Positions 24,694-36,529 of a stretch of DNA of 64,000 nt are shown piece by piece. Source of the stretch: Carcharhinus amblyrhynchos (lineage: Eukaryota); contig OZ336881.1 of the NCBI GenBank assembly GCA_965287045.1, forward strand, positions 50,344,001 to 50,408,000, in the 5' to 3' direction. Within the stretch, counting starts at the first letter, position 1. Every line of letters begins with the position of its first letter. The notes under the pieces are model-generated. The model was not told where the DNA came from. It ran no database searches and saw only the letters and a list, made by a program, of their open reading frames with translations. Both the position numbers and the translations under genes were made by a program.

Positions 24694-26921
24694 CCATATA
24701 ATTATTTCTTCCCTTTCACTGAGGTGGAAGAAAAGAGGCATCAGAGTTTGGCATCGCTATATATTTTGTAAAATTAAAAAGGGAAAGATTTTTTTGTGCA
24801 ACTTTGCATTTCGTTAGGCTCTCCTAAAACTTGGCTGTGGTAGAGGAGACTAGTGGCTTTGTCACTTGAAATGAACGCCAGCAAAAGCCTCTCCTTATCA
24901 GACAGAAAACAAGATTGCTAATGGCGAAAACATGCAGCAGTGTTTGTTTAGTCCAGTGGACGTACCTTCCATTCCCGATGAAGGTGATCAAATGGCAGCA
25001 TGAATAGTGCAGAAAAGAAGCAAAGAATTTGACTGACATGTCGAAGAAATAAGCTCATTGTTGGAGGTAACACTAAGGGGTCAGGTTACTGTTGCGTCTT
25101 GTTTCTAATCAAGCGTACAATTCACCCACTTCTACATTATTACTAAATTGCAATACACGCCTTACACACAAGGGCTATTTGCTTCTCAACAGTGTCCCTT
25201 CATCAAACCTTTAATCCCATTGCCGCAGAGAAGCCTGTTACTCAGAAAATTAATAATGTTTATCACTCAGATATATTTATCATGGTGAGAATTATGGATA
25301 ATTTATACACAGCGTTGATTGCAAATTGCACTTACAAAAACACTTATCACACTTTCAATTAATGGTATCATTTCAAGCTTTGTGCACTTGTTAGAACACT
25401 GTTTCTGTAATTAAATTCAATATACCACTTTTAAGACTCACGGTAGAACAGTGTATTAATAAATGCTGCCCTCGGTATCAATTTGTGAAAAGAAGCAAGT
25501 AAACAAAATGTTTGATGATGCATACAGCACAAAACAGCTTTTTGCACATCCCATTACACTGGACATACCTGGTTCAATTATCAACAGAAATGTAAGAATA
25601 TGATTTCAAAGAGTTGTGAAGTGCTACTAAAAGGACAATGAAGATTCAAATTTATATCTAATGAACGAAACGCTGATACATCTTGCAGTAATATAACTTT
25701 GTTCTGAGCAAAATCAATAAAACTGCTTTCTTGCATAGAATTTTTTGAACAAGGGAGAGTTGAATCTTCTGTGATGAAGACATAATGTGTCATAATAATT
25801 AGGACAACAGCTAGGCTTCAGACAAAAGACAGCTTTTTAATATGCAAATTTATGCAGCCAGGGCCATTCAGATGAGGCAGATTTCTACCTCTTCTGGTAG
25901 ATTCGTCTTCACTGCTAATCATCTGAAGGCTGCCAAATGTTCCCTGACACTAATGTATTACAGGTCAACAGAGACAGGTCTTCACCTATTACCCCACAAC
26001 AATGTGCTCCCCTCCCCATTCCCTCTTCATCATTTGGAGCAATTACTGGCAGATGCAATCGGATGCCTTGAATAGAAGCAACTGGGGCTTGTTTGTGGCT
26101 TGGATTCATTAGTAAGGAGGAGGAAGAAAGGAATAAATTACATAATTACAAAAAACAGTGGCCGAAGCCATTTGATACAAAGCTGATTTTGCATATGTGC
26201 ATTTGGTCAGTTGTGGAATGGGGGGATGTTGGGATAGTTGAAGTCTGCTTCTACAGCACAAGTTTTGGGTGTTCTCCAAAACAGATGGCTTTATATAACG
26301 CCCATTCTTCTCCTTGTCAACTGTTCTGTTCATTTATTCTTGTGTTTGATGTTTGCTTTTGTTACTTCCACACAGGGACCCCTATCATCGCTTTCCTGCA
26401 ACATTTTATGATCTAAAATTTTAATCATGCTTTTGATGGCTTTCCATCAGGGTTGACAGTACAGAAAATACGGACACTTTGATTTTTGTATCGGCTGGAA
26501 TGAGTACAAAGCAACATGAAATTAAGAGAGAGCATTTAGTTTTCCCACATGCTAGCATGCTTTTCTTGAAAGTCTAATGCATTTATATCTGTGCACAAAA
26601 TTCACTTCATCTTAATACAGAGGTTTAACACCTCTGTATTAGGATTAAATACATCACAGGATAACACTTTTATTTTGTGCATCCAATAGCAGAGAGCAAT
26701 TGTCATTATAATGTAATTACATCATGGTAGTTACATTAGTACGTGAAGATACATACATAATAATGTAATACTGAGTTTAAAATGACAGATTTGTAAAGAT
26801 CTTCGTTGAGAATTGATCAGGGATGTTTTTACAATGACTGATTAATTAAATTTCATTTTTATTACATGAGAAGTTGGGGATTATTTTATCAGTGATTTGA
26901 GGATTGGCGTTTGCAATTCAG

Positions 26922-27265
26922 CTCACGGTGGCACGATGGTTAGCACTGCTGCCTCACAGTGCCAAGTGCCCAGGTTCAATTCCCACCTTGGGTGTCTGTG
27001 TGGAGTTTGCATATTCTCTGTGTCTGCGTGGATTTCCTCTGGGTTTCTTCGGTTTACTCCCACAGGCCAAAAATGTGCAGGTTAGGTGGATTAGCCATGC
27101 TAAATTGTCCCTTAGTGTCCGAATGATGTGTAGGTTAGATGGATTAGTCATGGTAAATGTGTTGATAGGGCAAGGTATAGGGCCTGGAATAAAATACTCT
27201 GTCAGATTGTCGGTGAAGACTCAATGGGCCAAATGGTCTCTTTTGCACAGTAACAATTCTATGAA
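26922..27265 (+). mobile_element. HE1-type V-SINE
   Basis: CACGGTGGCACGATGGTTAGCACTG head, core and tail. Confidence 0.9.
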
Positions 27266-27644
27266 TGAGTCAGATTCCATTTACTACAAGGAGTTATGGG
27301 ATTTTCCAAGTTTTTTTAAACTGGTGTTTCAAGTTTAGGATTCCATAAGTCCATAATTTTTCTGTGAATCCCATGATCCAGGAAGTGAATAATCGTTGTG
27401 AAATGAGGACAAGGCAGAGATACAAAATAAAATACTGGAAATAGAACTCTGAATTGGTGTTGTTTGGGGGGGCAAAGACTTTCATGATTGGGGGTCTGAA
27501 ACGTTAGGCTACTTTCCAGTTTTCTGCCCAGTGGAAGCAATGATTGTAAAACTGTTTTTTATCATTATGATTTTATCCATCAACCTGTTCCTCTGACCAG
27601 TCCTAGATTTCCATTTATTTTTAAAATCAAAATTAGCTTCTAGA

Positions 27645-28445
27645 AGAAGGTTACTGGCGCTGGTGATCATGATGAGTGGCATCCTTCTGGATTGTATTGC
27701 AGGGATCCACCAGGCTGGTCCAGGCACTGGAACCTTACCTTCCATATCCCTGTGATCCACTCACCAAAGTGTGAGTTGCAGCATGAGCCTCATTGTATCT
27801 TGTCTCAGCTGCACTCTGCGGCCTCCGCACAAGTGTCCTCAGCCACCACCTCAGTGGGTGACCATTGACCCTAAGGAGCCACCCTGCAGCCTTTGTAGTC
27901 TCTGAAATGTGTCAGGGATCTGAGAACAGCTGAGAATGTAGGAACCATGCAGATTCCCGGGATCTTAGCACACAGCTGCAAGATACATTTGGTGTGGTTG
28001 CAGACCAGCTGAATGTTTAGTGAGTAGAAGACCTTGCAATTCAAATAATTGTTTGATGCCATGGAGCTCTGAGTGCAACATAAGTGCAGTCGATGGCACC
28101 CTGCACACATGGAAAACCAGAGGTATGTGCAAATCCCATTGATCTTACTTCCTGGCTTGCCTGAACCGGGTTGAAGTGGATGAAGTTGTGTCTCCTCGGC
28201 AAGATTGTGTGTGTAACCTCCTGGGTGTACTTCCACGTAGAAGCTTATGAGATCTCATGGAGGTCACTGTGGAGCCCTGGAAGGAGCCACTGGTGTAACA
28301 AATGAGCACCGCTGTAACTTGCAGTGACACTGGCTGTGGATATCCTCCAAGTCCCTGTGGCACCAAATGCTGCAGCAGATGGCAGATGTGAGCCATCAGT
28401 TCCCTGGGCATGTGTATTCTTTGGCGATGCTGATTCTTGGACATC
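27645..28445 (-). pseudogene. PIF/Harbinger DDE transposase pseudogene (HARBI1-like), near full length
   Basis: Ordered motifs across frameshifts: ICHLLQHL..LQVTAVLICYTSGSFQG; GFPCVQGAIDCTYVALRAP; YLNCKVFYSLNIQLVC; WLL..GHPL; AETRYNEAH; KVRFQCLDQPGGSLQYNP. Confidence 0.92.
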
Positions 28446-29152
28446 TGCAGATATGTTAGGTGCCAATTATAGACCTGATGTCTAGCAAGGTGCCTACGAG
28501 CAGCAGTTCTCTGGAGTTTATCCTGGAGGCCCTGCCACCCCTTCCTCTTGATGGTTCTGCTCCTGTCATTGGCGAGTCAAACACTGCTATTGACGTCTTC
28601 TTCTACTCTCCTGTGTTTCACTGAGAAGAATAACAGCGAGATCACCAGGCTCCATGTTCCTTATGGCCTCCTCAGTGCAGTATCAAAGAGAGAGACTTGA
28701 CAGTTAGCATTTGCCTGCTTAGGATCACGCTTTGTACATTGATTGTCTGTAACTGCCTCTCAAAGTCCATTGACTCATATTCTGGCCACAGCATTGATGC
28801 CCGGTCTTTAAGTAACATCCTGTTTGGCAAAGACCCCACACCAATCCACCCCATGCCACATGACCATATGGTAACTGCCTTGGTCACTCTCAGCTGAGGT
28901 GCAGGCATTGTCATAATCTTCACTCCAAAGGCCTTGCATGTAGCTTGGCCCTGGGAGGCACTTGTCAATAGGCGCGTTAGCATAGAACCAAAGATTAGGA
29001 GCATTATCCTCAGCTACCTTTCTCATTTGGCAATGTATGGCTACACCAAAGCAAGTGGTGGTGAGCCTGGGTAAGGTGCTCTTTGGAGAGTTAGTGAAGA
29101 CCTGATGGACCGAATGACCACTTTCTGCACTGTAAGGATTCTTTGGTTCTAT

Positions 29153-29855
29153 GGCCATCCTTGGTGCCCTGGCCAATATTTATCCTTTAATCAACATCAC
29201 AGAAGACAGTAGAATAAGCAAAATACTGTGGATCATAGAATCCTACAATGCAGAAGGAGGCCAGTTGGTCCATTGAATCTGAACCGACCACAATCCCATC
29301 CAGACCCTATCCCCATAACCCCATGCATTTACCCCAGCTAGTCTCCCTGATACAAAGGGGCTACTTATCATGGCCAATCCACCAAACCCACACATCTTTG
29401 GACTAGGGGAGGAAACCAGAGCACTTGAAGGAAACCCATGCAGACAATGTGTAAACTGCACACGGACAATGACTCAAGCTGGGAATTGAACCTGGGTCCT
29501 CAGCGCTGTGAGGCAACAGTTCTAACCACTGAACAACCATGGATCTGAACAGAAGAAGCTGGAAAATCCAGACAGCATCTGTAGGTAAGAAACACAGTTA
29601 ACATCACAAATTCTGTCAGAGTGTGCTGATTTGAAGCATTAACTGTGTTTCTCTCCTCTGTTCTTGCCCCAAACATAGTTATCTAGTTATTATCAAAATG
29701 CTGTTTGTGGGAGCTTGCTGCAATGCAAACTAGCTGCTGCATTTTGTAATTTCAGCTGTGAGCACACTGGGAAAAAAATACTTCATGCTGCGAAATGCTT
29801 TGGTACATCAGTGGTTGTGAAATGTGCTATCTAAATACAAGGCTTTCCTTTTCAT
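29153..29855 (+). mobile_element. SacSINE1-like DeuSINE 3' part, split by nested insertions
   Basis: CCTGGCCAATATTTATCC..AATCAACATCAC resumes at about 29675 as TTATC..GCTGTTTGTGGGAGCTTGCTG...GTGAAATGTGCTAT..AAATACAAG. Confidence 0.7.
29234..29540 (-). mobile_element. HE1-type V-SINE with TGGATC target-site duplication
   Basis: Full element; TGGATC at 29229-29234 and 29540-29545. Confidence 0.92.
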
Positions 29856-30689
29856 AGCAGAAGGGTGTTTGAGATATTTGAGTGATGTGAATTACACTTA
29901 ACAATGGAGCTTTGCTTGAGTATTGCATGACTTGTGTAATGTAATAGGCATATCGGTTCAGTCCCATCAAGGTTAAAATAGTCACATGCCAAGCCCTCCT
30001 CCTCAGGAAATTGTAGCTTCAAGATACTGAAGTATTTCATTTCCGGCCTTGGGTTGGATCATGCTCAGACGTTCTGACAAAAGGTTAATTGAAACATAAC
30101 TCTGTTTCTCCTTCTCCACAGATGCTACTTAATCAGCTGACTATTTCAAGCAGTTTATTTCAGCTCTCCTGCTCAGGCAGCATTTTCCTTTTGTACAAGC
30201 AACTCAAAAAATATTTTGCCATTTGATGTAGCCAGCAACAGTGAAAGTTGTTGTCCTCCGAGTGCTGTAGACACTGCTGTGAGATGTAGAATTATTATTC
30301 AATTATTATTAAACAAATTGCAACATCATCGAGCTGTAGACTACGCAGCAGTATTTCCTGTCAACCTTGACAAGATACCAATGATCTTATTGCATCTGAC
30401 ACGTAACCAGTGTAGACAGTAATGATTTCCAACTGAATATGCAAATTGATAGAATATAGCTAATTAACTTCTAACTCCAATCATATTTTGTATACTTTCA
30501 CTCCTTCATCAGGTAGCATCCTCCATTACTGAGGAGTTGTTTTATGCTGTGATGGTAGTACAGGGAAGGACAAAGATGTAGGCCTCAGATCTATCTGAGC
30601 CAGAACAGGGATTGAGCCGCATGCTAGCTGCCTAGCCAACTGAGGTCGCTGCTCCCTCCCTACTCATTGTTTCACCAAGTTTGACATTT

Positions 30690-31345
30690 AATAAAGAACA
30701 AAGAAAATTACAGCACAGAAAGGAATAGGCCTTTCGGCCCTCCAAGCTTGCACCAACCATGCTGCCTGACTGAACTAAAACTCCTTACCCTAATGGGGAC
30801 CATATCCTCTATTCCCACCCTATTCATGTATTTGTCAAGACACGCCTTAGAAGTCACTATGATATCTGCTTCCACTATCTTCCCCGGCAGTGAGTTCCAG
30901 GCACCCACCACACTCTAAGTAAAGAACTTGCTTTGTACATCTCCTTTAAACCTTGCCCCTTGCACCTTAAACCTGTGCCCCCCAGTAATTGACTCTTCCA
31001 CCCTGGGGAAAAGCTTCTGACTATCCAAGCTATCCATACTCATCATAATCTTGTAGACCTCTATCAGATCGCCCTACAACCTCCATTGTTTTAGTGAGAA
31101 CAAACCAAGTTTCTCCAACATCTCCACATAGCTCATGCCCTACATAATAGCAACATCCTGGTAAATCTTTTCTATACCCTCTCCAAAGCCTCCACATCCT
31201 TTTGGTGGTGTGGCAACCAGAATTGAACACTGTATTCCAAAAGCGGCCTAACTAAGGTTCTATAAAGCTGCAACATGACTTGCCAATTTTTAAACTTAAT
31301 GCCCCGGCCAATGAAGACAAGCATGCTGTATGCCTTCTTGACTAT
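30690..31345 (-). mobile_element. CR1 3' fragment
   Basis: VGAWNSLPGKIVEAD...LDKYMNRVG, with 3' UTR and tail. Confidence 0.9.
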
Positions 31346-31404
31346 TTTTTACTGTCCTAAAAGTTTCTCCTAAGTAAATTGTAGCTGTAATGCGCTGAAG
31401 TATT

Positions 31405-31697
31405 TCAATTCTGGCCTTGGGTGATTGTGTAGAGTTTGTGCATTCTCCCTGTGTCTGAATGGGTTTCTTACAGGTGCACCGGTTTCCTCTCACAGTCCGA
31501 AGATGTGCAGGTTAGATGGATTGGCCATGCTAAATTGCCCCTTAGTGTCTCAAGGTTAGGTAGATTAGCCATGGTGAAAGTATGGGGTAATGGGGATAGG
31601 GCAAGGGGTTGGGCCTGGATAAGATGCTCTTTCGGAGAGTCAGTGCAGGCTTAATGGGCTGAATGGCCTCGTTCTGCTCTGTAGGAATTCCGTAGTT
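31405..31697 (+). mobile_element. HE1-type SINE, 5'-truncated
   Basis: B-box remnant, V-domain and tail. Confidence 0.88.
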
Positions 31698-31771
31698 CAA
31701 GTAAATTATTTTTATTAATAGGCCCTACTTCTATACAGAGAACACATATCTGGTTAGAATACATGTATGGC

Positions 31772-32065
31772 TTGATTTGATTTATAATAATCACATGTAT
31801 TTGTATTCAGTGAAAAATATTGTTTCTTGTGCGCTACACAGACAAAGTATACTCTTCATAGAAAAGGAAATATGAGAGTGCAGCATGTAGTGTTACAGTC
31901 ATAGCTAGGATGTAGAGAAAGATCAACTTAATGCGAGATAGGCCCATTTAGAAGTCTGAAGGCAGCAGGGAAGAAGCTGTTCTTGAGTCTGTTGGTACCT
32001 GACCTCAGGCTTTTGTAACTTTTTCCCAATGGAAGAAGGTGAAAGAGAGAATGTCTGGGGTGCAT
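31772..32065 (-). mobile_element. Rex1/Babar-type LINE 3' end
   Basis: HPRHSLFHLLPLGKSYKSLRSGTNRLKNSFFPAAFRLLN (Rex1 C-terminal signature); (AAATC)n tail. Confidence 0.85.
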
Positions 32066-32934
32066 GGTTAGGCTGGATGATCTTTTCTGAATCCACGGGG
32101 GGTGCTGTTTACTGGATGATAGTGTTCTATGAACCTGCTGTCTTTGGCCCTCTAGGTGGTGGGGGAAGGGCGGGGTGGGGGAGTGGGTCAAAGTTGTTAT
32201 ATGGATAATCCTCAACTTTACTGGTAATCAATTCCATTCTTTAAAACTGGTTTGAAGTAGGAGCAATGGATCTGTAGTTACTTGTATTGTTACCCTTTCG
32301 AGGTTTTCAATCTGATGACGCTTACCTTGTGTGGCAGTGATTATTAGTGCCTCACAATGATCCCTTCTGATTGGAGAGATGGCGGACATACACACTAAAG
32401 CCAAATTCTTCCGAGCGTGCTGTGAAAAGATGGGCCTGTCTGGCGATGGGGAAGAGAAATGAAGCAGGAAAGGCTGCCAGGGATTGAAGTGCTGGTTAGT
32501 TACCCTGCATCCCTTCAGGAAGCCTGGAAATTCTGGGATAATATGCACAAGCCATCCTCAGTGCTTATCTTGGCATTTAATCTTGAGATTAAATTCCTTT
32601 TGTTTGGATGTTTCTTCAACTTCTCCAAAAGGTGCTGCCCACTTCCTCAATTTGCAATGAAAACACTGTCTCCACGTTGCTGCTTTAATTTCTGGTTATT
32701 AATTGGTTGTTCCCCCCTCTTTCTGGAGAGGCCGTTTCTCTGTTCCTTTACACTGCCTACTGACTGCCTTGTAGCTTATTTAAATAGAATCTATCTGATT
32801 GAGCGGAGATCTCCTCACCAGAATCTTTTGAGGACGGTTTGATTTTCAGTCTTTTTTTAAGGCTGTTATTCAAGTTGTATCCTTTGTCACCCCTCCCAGT
32901 AGCTCCTGCTGGGCTACACGTTGATAGCCCTGAG

Positions 32935-33170
32935 GGTACCTCAGCCAAGTGACTGACCATTCTTCATGAATGGGTTTAGACAGTATGTTGGCAGACTATT
33001 TAACTGCGCAGGTCTTCACAGCTGAGCCCACAACTGTCCTCATTCATGTCCACAGGCACATCCTCTCCGAGGCCATAATCTGCATATTCACCCTTATACT
33101 GCCAACAGCTGGAGCTGAAGAAATTCCAGTCTCCTGAGGCTGATAATATTTTTAAAACAGTGAAGTTCAC
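32935..33170. repeat. probable old interspersed repeat (SINE-like)
   Basis: CAGCCAAGTG..CCATTCTTCATG...AGACAGT..GTTGGCAG.CTATTT..CACAGCTGAGCCC resembles a shark interspersed repeat as I recall it; single copy in this window. Confidence 0.35.
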
Positions 33171-33512
33171 ATTTTGGTGCTGCTGAAGGAGGCGGTAAGA
33201 TGAGAAAAATAAATTCACTCATGGCAGGAAAAGCATTATTATTGTACATAGAGTTTGTCCCAACCTGTTTAAATCACAATCATATAACAGACACAATTAG
33301 AATCAAGATTTTTCAGCAATTTTACATTTCAAAGAGATTGATATGGATTTATCCACCAGGAAACAGAGTCCATAAAATCCGCAAAATGGAATGAGATAAT
33401 CAATTGAAAAATAAATTTAAAATATCATAGGCTATGGAGAGTTAGAGGAGGAGTCAGGTTAGACTACTCATCCAGTACGTAACACATATAACTAAGAATC
33501 CCTTTCATGACT

Positions 33513-33935
33513 TAGAATTCCTACAGTGCAGAAGGAGGCCATTCAGCCCATCAAGTCTGCACCAACCACAATCCCACTCAGGCCCCATTCACATAACCCC
33601 TCACATTTACCTTGCTAATCCCTTGACAAAAGGGGCAATTTAGCATGGCCAATCAACCTAACCCGCACATCTTTGAACTGTGGGAAGAAATGAGAGTACC
33701 TGGAGGAAACCCACACAGATATGGGGAAAACACGCAAACTCCACACAGACAGTGACCCGAGGCCGGAATTGAACCTGGGACCTGGTGCTGTGAGGCCATG
33801 ATGTGGAGATGCTGTAGATATTTGATGTCTGTGTGCAACCTTCTTGGAGATCCGCTCCACTTGGAGTCAGCAGTGTGCTGGGTCAATTGTCACTGCTGTG
33901 AGGCAGCAGTGCTGACCACTGTGCCACTGTGCTGT
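33513..33935 (-). mobile_element. HE1-type V-SINE interrupted in its head by a ~97-bp insert
   Basis: TGCTGTGAGGC duplicated at 33786-33796 and 33894-33904. Confidence 0.9.
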
Positions 33936-34219
33936 CCTGTATATGTAGATTTCTTGGGATGGATGATTGGATTTTATGCTGCAACTTTCTATAATTCTAA
34001 CATTATTACTTGAACGATTGTGCAAACAGTACCTGCGATCTGATCCTTAGTCAGGTATATTGAAGAGTGCAGACTTCTGCAGGATCATTTCACTTGTCCC
34101 CGAATCTGGATGTCGGGGTTGTAATGTGTGACTGACCTGTCCCTGTTGATTGCAATGTAAGCAATACACCAACCTGATGCAGCCTGCCGATTTGAATGAT
34201 TTCAGCATCTGGTGAGTGC

Positions 34220-34886
34220 AAGCCTAATTTATTCAGCCTCTCCTCATAGCTCAACCCCCTCAACTCCGGCATCAGCCTAGTAAACCTCCTCTGCACTCCC
34301 TCCAAGGCCAAAATATCCTTGCGTAAGTACGGCGCCCAAAACTGCACACAGTACTCCAGCTGCGGCCTCACCAATGCCCTATACAGCCGCAGCAAGACCT
34401 CCCTACTTTTATATTCAATCCCCCTCGCGATGAAGGCCAGCATCCCATTCGCCTTCCTGACCACCTGCTGCACCTGCAAGCTGGGTTTTTGCGACTCATG
34501 CCCAAGGACCCCGAGGTCCCTCTGCACCGTTGCCTGCTGCAGTTTTTCTCCACGTAAGTAATAATCCTTCCTACCATTATTCCTACCAAAGTGGACCACC
34601 TCGCACTTGCCAACATTAAATTCCATTTGCCATTTCCCGGCCCATTCGCCCAGCCTATCTAGATCCTTCTGTAGACTCTCCCCACCCTCCGCACAATTTG
34701 CCTTTCCACCAATTTTGGTGTCATCAGCAAATTTCGACACCCTACACTCGGTTCCCTCCTCCAGATCATCTATATAAATGGTAAATAGCTGAGGCCCCAG
34801 CACCGACCCCTGGGGCACTCCACTAGTCACCATCCGCCAATCCGAATAGCACCCATTGACCCCCACTCTCTGCCTCCTATTTGACA
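34220..34886 (-). mobile_element. inverted 5' segment of young CR1/HER1 insertion (RT domain)
   Basis: ORF 34090-34887(-) encodes GVPQGSVLGP/FADD; homology ends at LNKLGL. Confidence 0.96.
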
Positions 34887-35573
34887 CCCAGCTTGCAGGT
34901 GCAGCAGGTGGTCAGGAAGGCGAATGGGATGCTGGCCTTCATCGCGAGGGGGATTGAATATAAAAGTAGGGAGGTCTTGCTACGGCTGTATAGGGCACTG
35001 GTGAGGCCGCAGCTGGAGTACTGTGTGCAGTTTTGGGCGCCGTACTTACGCAAGGATATTTTGGCCTTGGAGGGAGTGCAGAGGAGGTTTACTAGGCTAA
35101 TGCCGGAGTTGAGGGGGTTGAGCTATGAGGAGAGGCTGAATAAATTAGGCTTGTACTTGTTAGAGTTTAGAAGAATGAGGGGAGATCTCATTGAGACGTA
35201 TAAGATGATGAATGGGATGGATAGGATAGAGGTGGAAAGACTCTTCCCGCTCAGAAAGGACAGTAGGACTAGAGGGCACAGCCTCAAGATAAAGGGGGGG
35301 CGGTTTAGAACAGAGTTGAGGAGGAACTTCTTCACTCAAAGGGTGGTGAATCTCTGGAATTCTCTGCCCGTTGAGGTGGTGGAGGCTGCCTCGCTAAATA
35401 TTTTTAAGATGCGGGTTGATGGGTTTTTGATAAGAGAGGGGATTAAGGGTTATGGGGAGAGGGCGGGAATGTGGAACTGAGCCACGACAGATCAGCGATG
35501 ATCTTATTGAATGGCGGGGCAGGCTCGAAGGGCTAGTTGGCCTACCCCTGCTCCTATTTCTTATGTTCTTATG
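34886..35573 (+). mobile_element. non-inverted 3' segment of the same CR1/HER1 insertion
   Basis: ORF 34881-35480 is the ORF2 C-terminus, followed by 3' UTR and (TTCTTATG)2 tail; GTGAGTGC flanks the whole insertion. Confidence 0.96.
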
Positions 35574-36277
35574 TGAGTGCTAACTGTACTTTTAATGCAC
35601 TGGTTGCCTGATCAGGAGGCAATGTAATGAATGGTTAGCATCACATAAAGCTAGCCTGAACCTCTTAATGGGGACGTGCACTGCGGCTGAAGCAAGTGCC
35701 TGAATACATCTTCAAATGCCGTATCCCACCAACTGCGCCATTGATTCAGTCACTTCTCAATTCATCATTGTCCCCTTGGTCACCCACCTGTTCAATCTAT
35801 CAGCCAGGACTCACACCCGGTAATCAGATGCAACACTGCACCCTCATATCTGGCAGGGGCTGCAAGTCTCAAACTATATCTCGCAGTTTGTACACATTGC
35901 CACCTATTCAACCAGGACATTCCCATCACCCGGGCAGACTGCGCGACACTCGTTAGCACACTTCCTTCACCCTTGCAGTAGTCTGCAGCCAGGAGAGGAG
36001 GCAAGGAGAATACAAATGTCAGCTACCTGCAGGAGGAGGTTTTGCTGAAGTCAACTGATGAACAATTTGATGCGCAGCCTGCAGAAGAAGGTTGATGGGT
36101 GTGCACAATGGAAGTATCATGGTAGTATCAGTAATAGGCACTTCGATTGAAATGCCTCCTGGTTTCAGAGAGCATGGCTTCATATTGAGTTTGTCTTGAT
36201 GTCCTGTGAGCACACAACTGTGGAGTGGCATGCTGCTTGAAGTCATTGGCGGTGCAGAATAGTTGCCATTTTTTGAA

Positions 36278-36465
36278 TGGACTTACCTTGCACTAAGTTG
36301 ATCTTTCTCTACACCCTAGCTATGACTGTAACACTACATTCTGCACTCTCTCATTTCCTTCTCTATGAACGGTATGCTTTGCCTGTATAGTGAGCAAAAA
36401 ACAATATTTTCCACTCCATACTAATACATGTGACAATAATAAATGAAATCAAATCAAAATCAAAT
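36278..36465 (+). mobile_element. Rex1-type LINE 3' UTR
   Basis: Reverse complement of 31772-31950 and 44881-45055; (AAATC)n tail. Confidence 0.85.
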
Positions 36466-36529
36466 CTGGAGATGCAACACTCATCGTCTATTATCAAATC
36501 CAGCTAGGTGCAACTCACAGCCTCCCTGT

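Noticed and set aside
24958-25045. Possible ~67-nt minus-strand exon (CAG...AAG/GTACGT)
   Set aside because: Splice-like signals only; the translations are unrecognised and no partner exons were found.
33000-33218. Protein-like C-terminus GEYADYGLGEDVPVDMNEDSCGLSCEDLRS as a possible terminal exon
   Set aside because: No recognised homology and no convincing splice acceptor; overlaps a probable old interspersed repeat.
34090-34887. RT ORF extended by novel C-terminal residues (HSPDAEIIQ...) as a chimeric gene
   Set aside because: Read-through of the inverted LINE segment into flanking DNA; no promoter or authentic start is evident.
35690-36260. Possible further Harbinger remnant (minus-strand DLQP motif)
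   Set aside because: Too degraded to support by eye.
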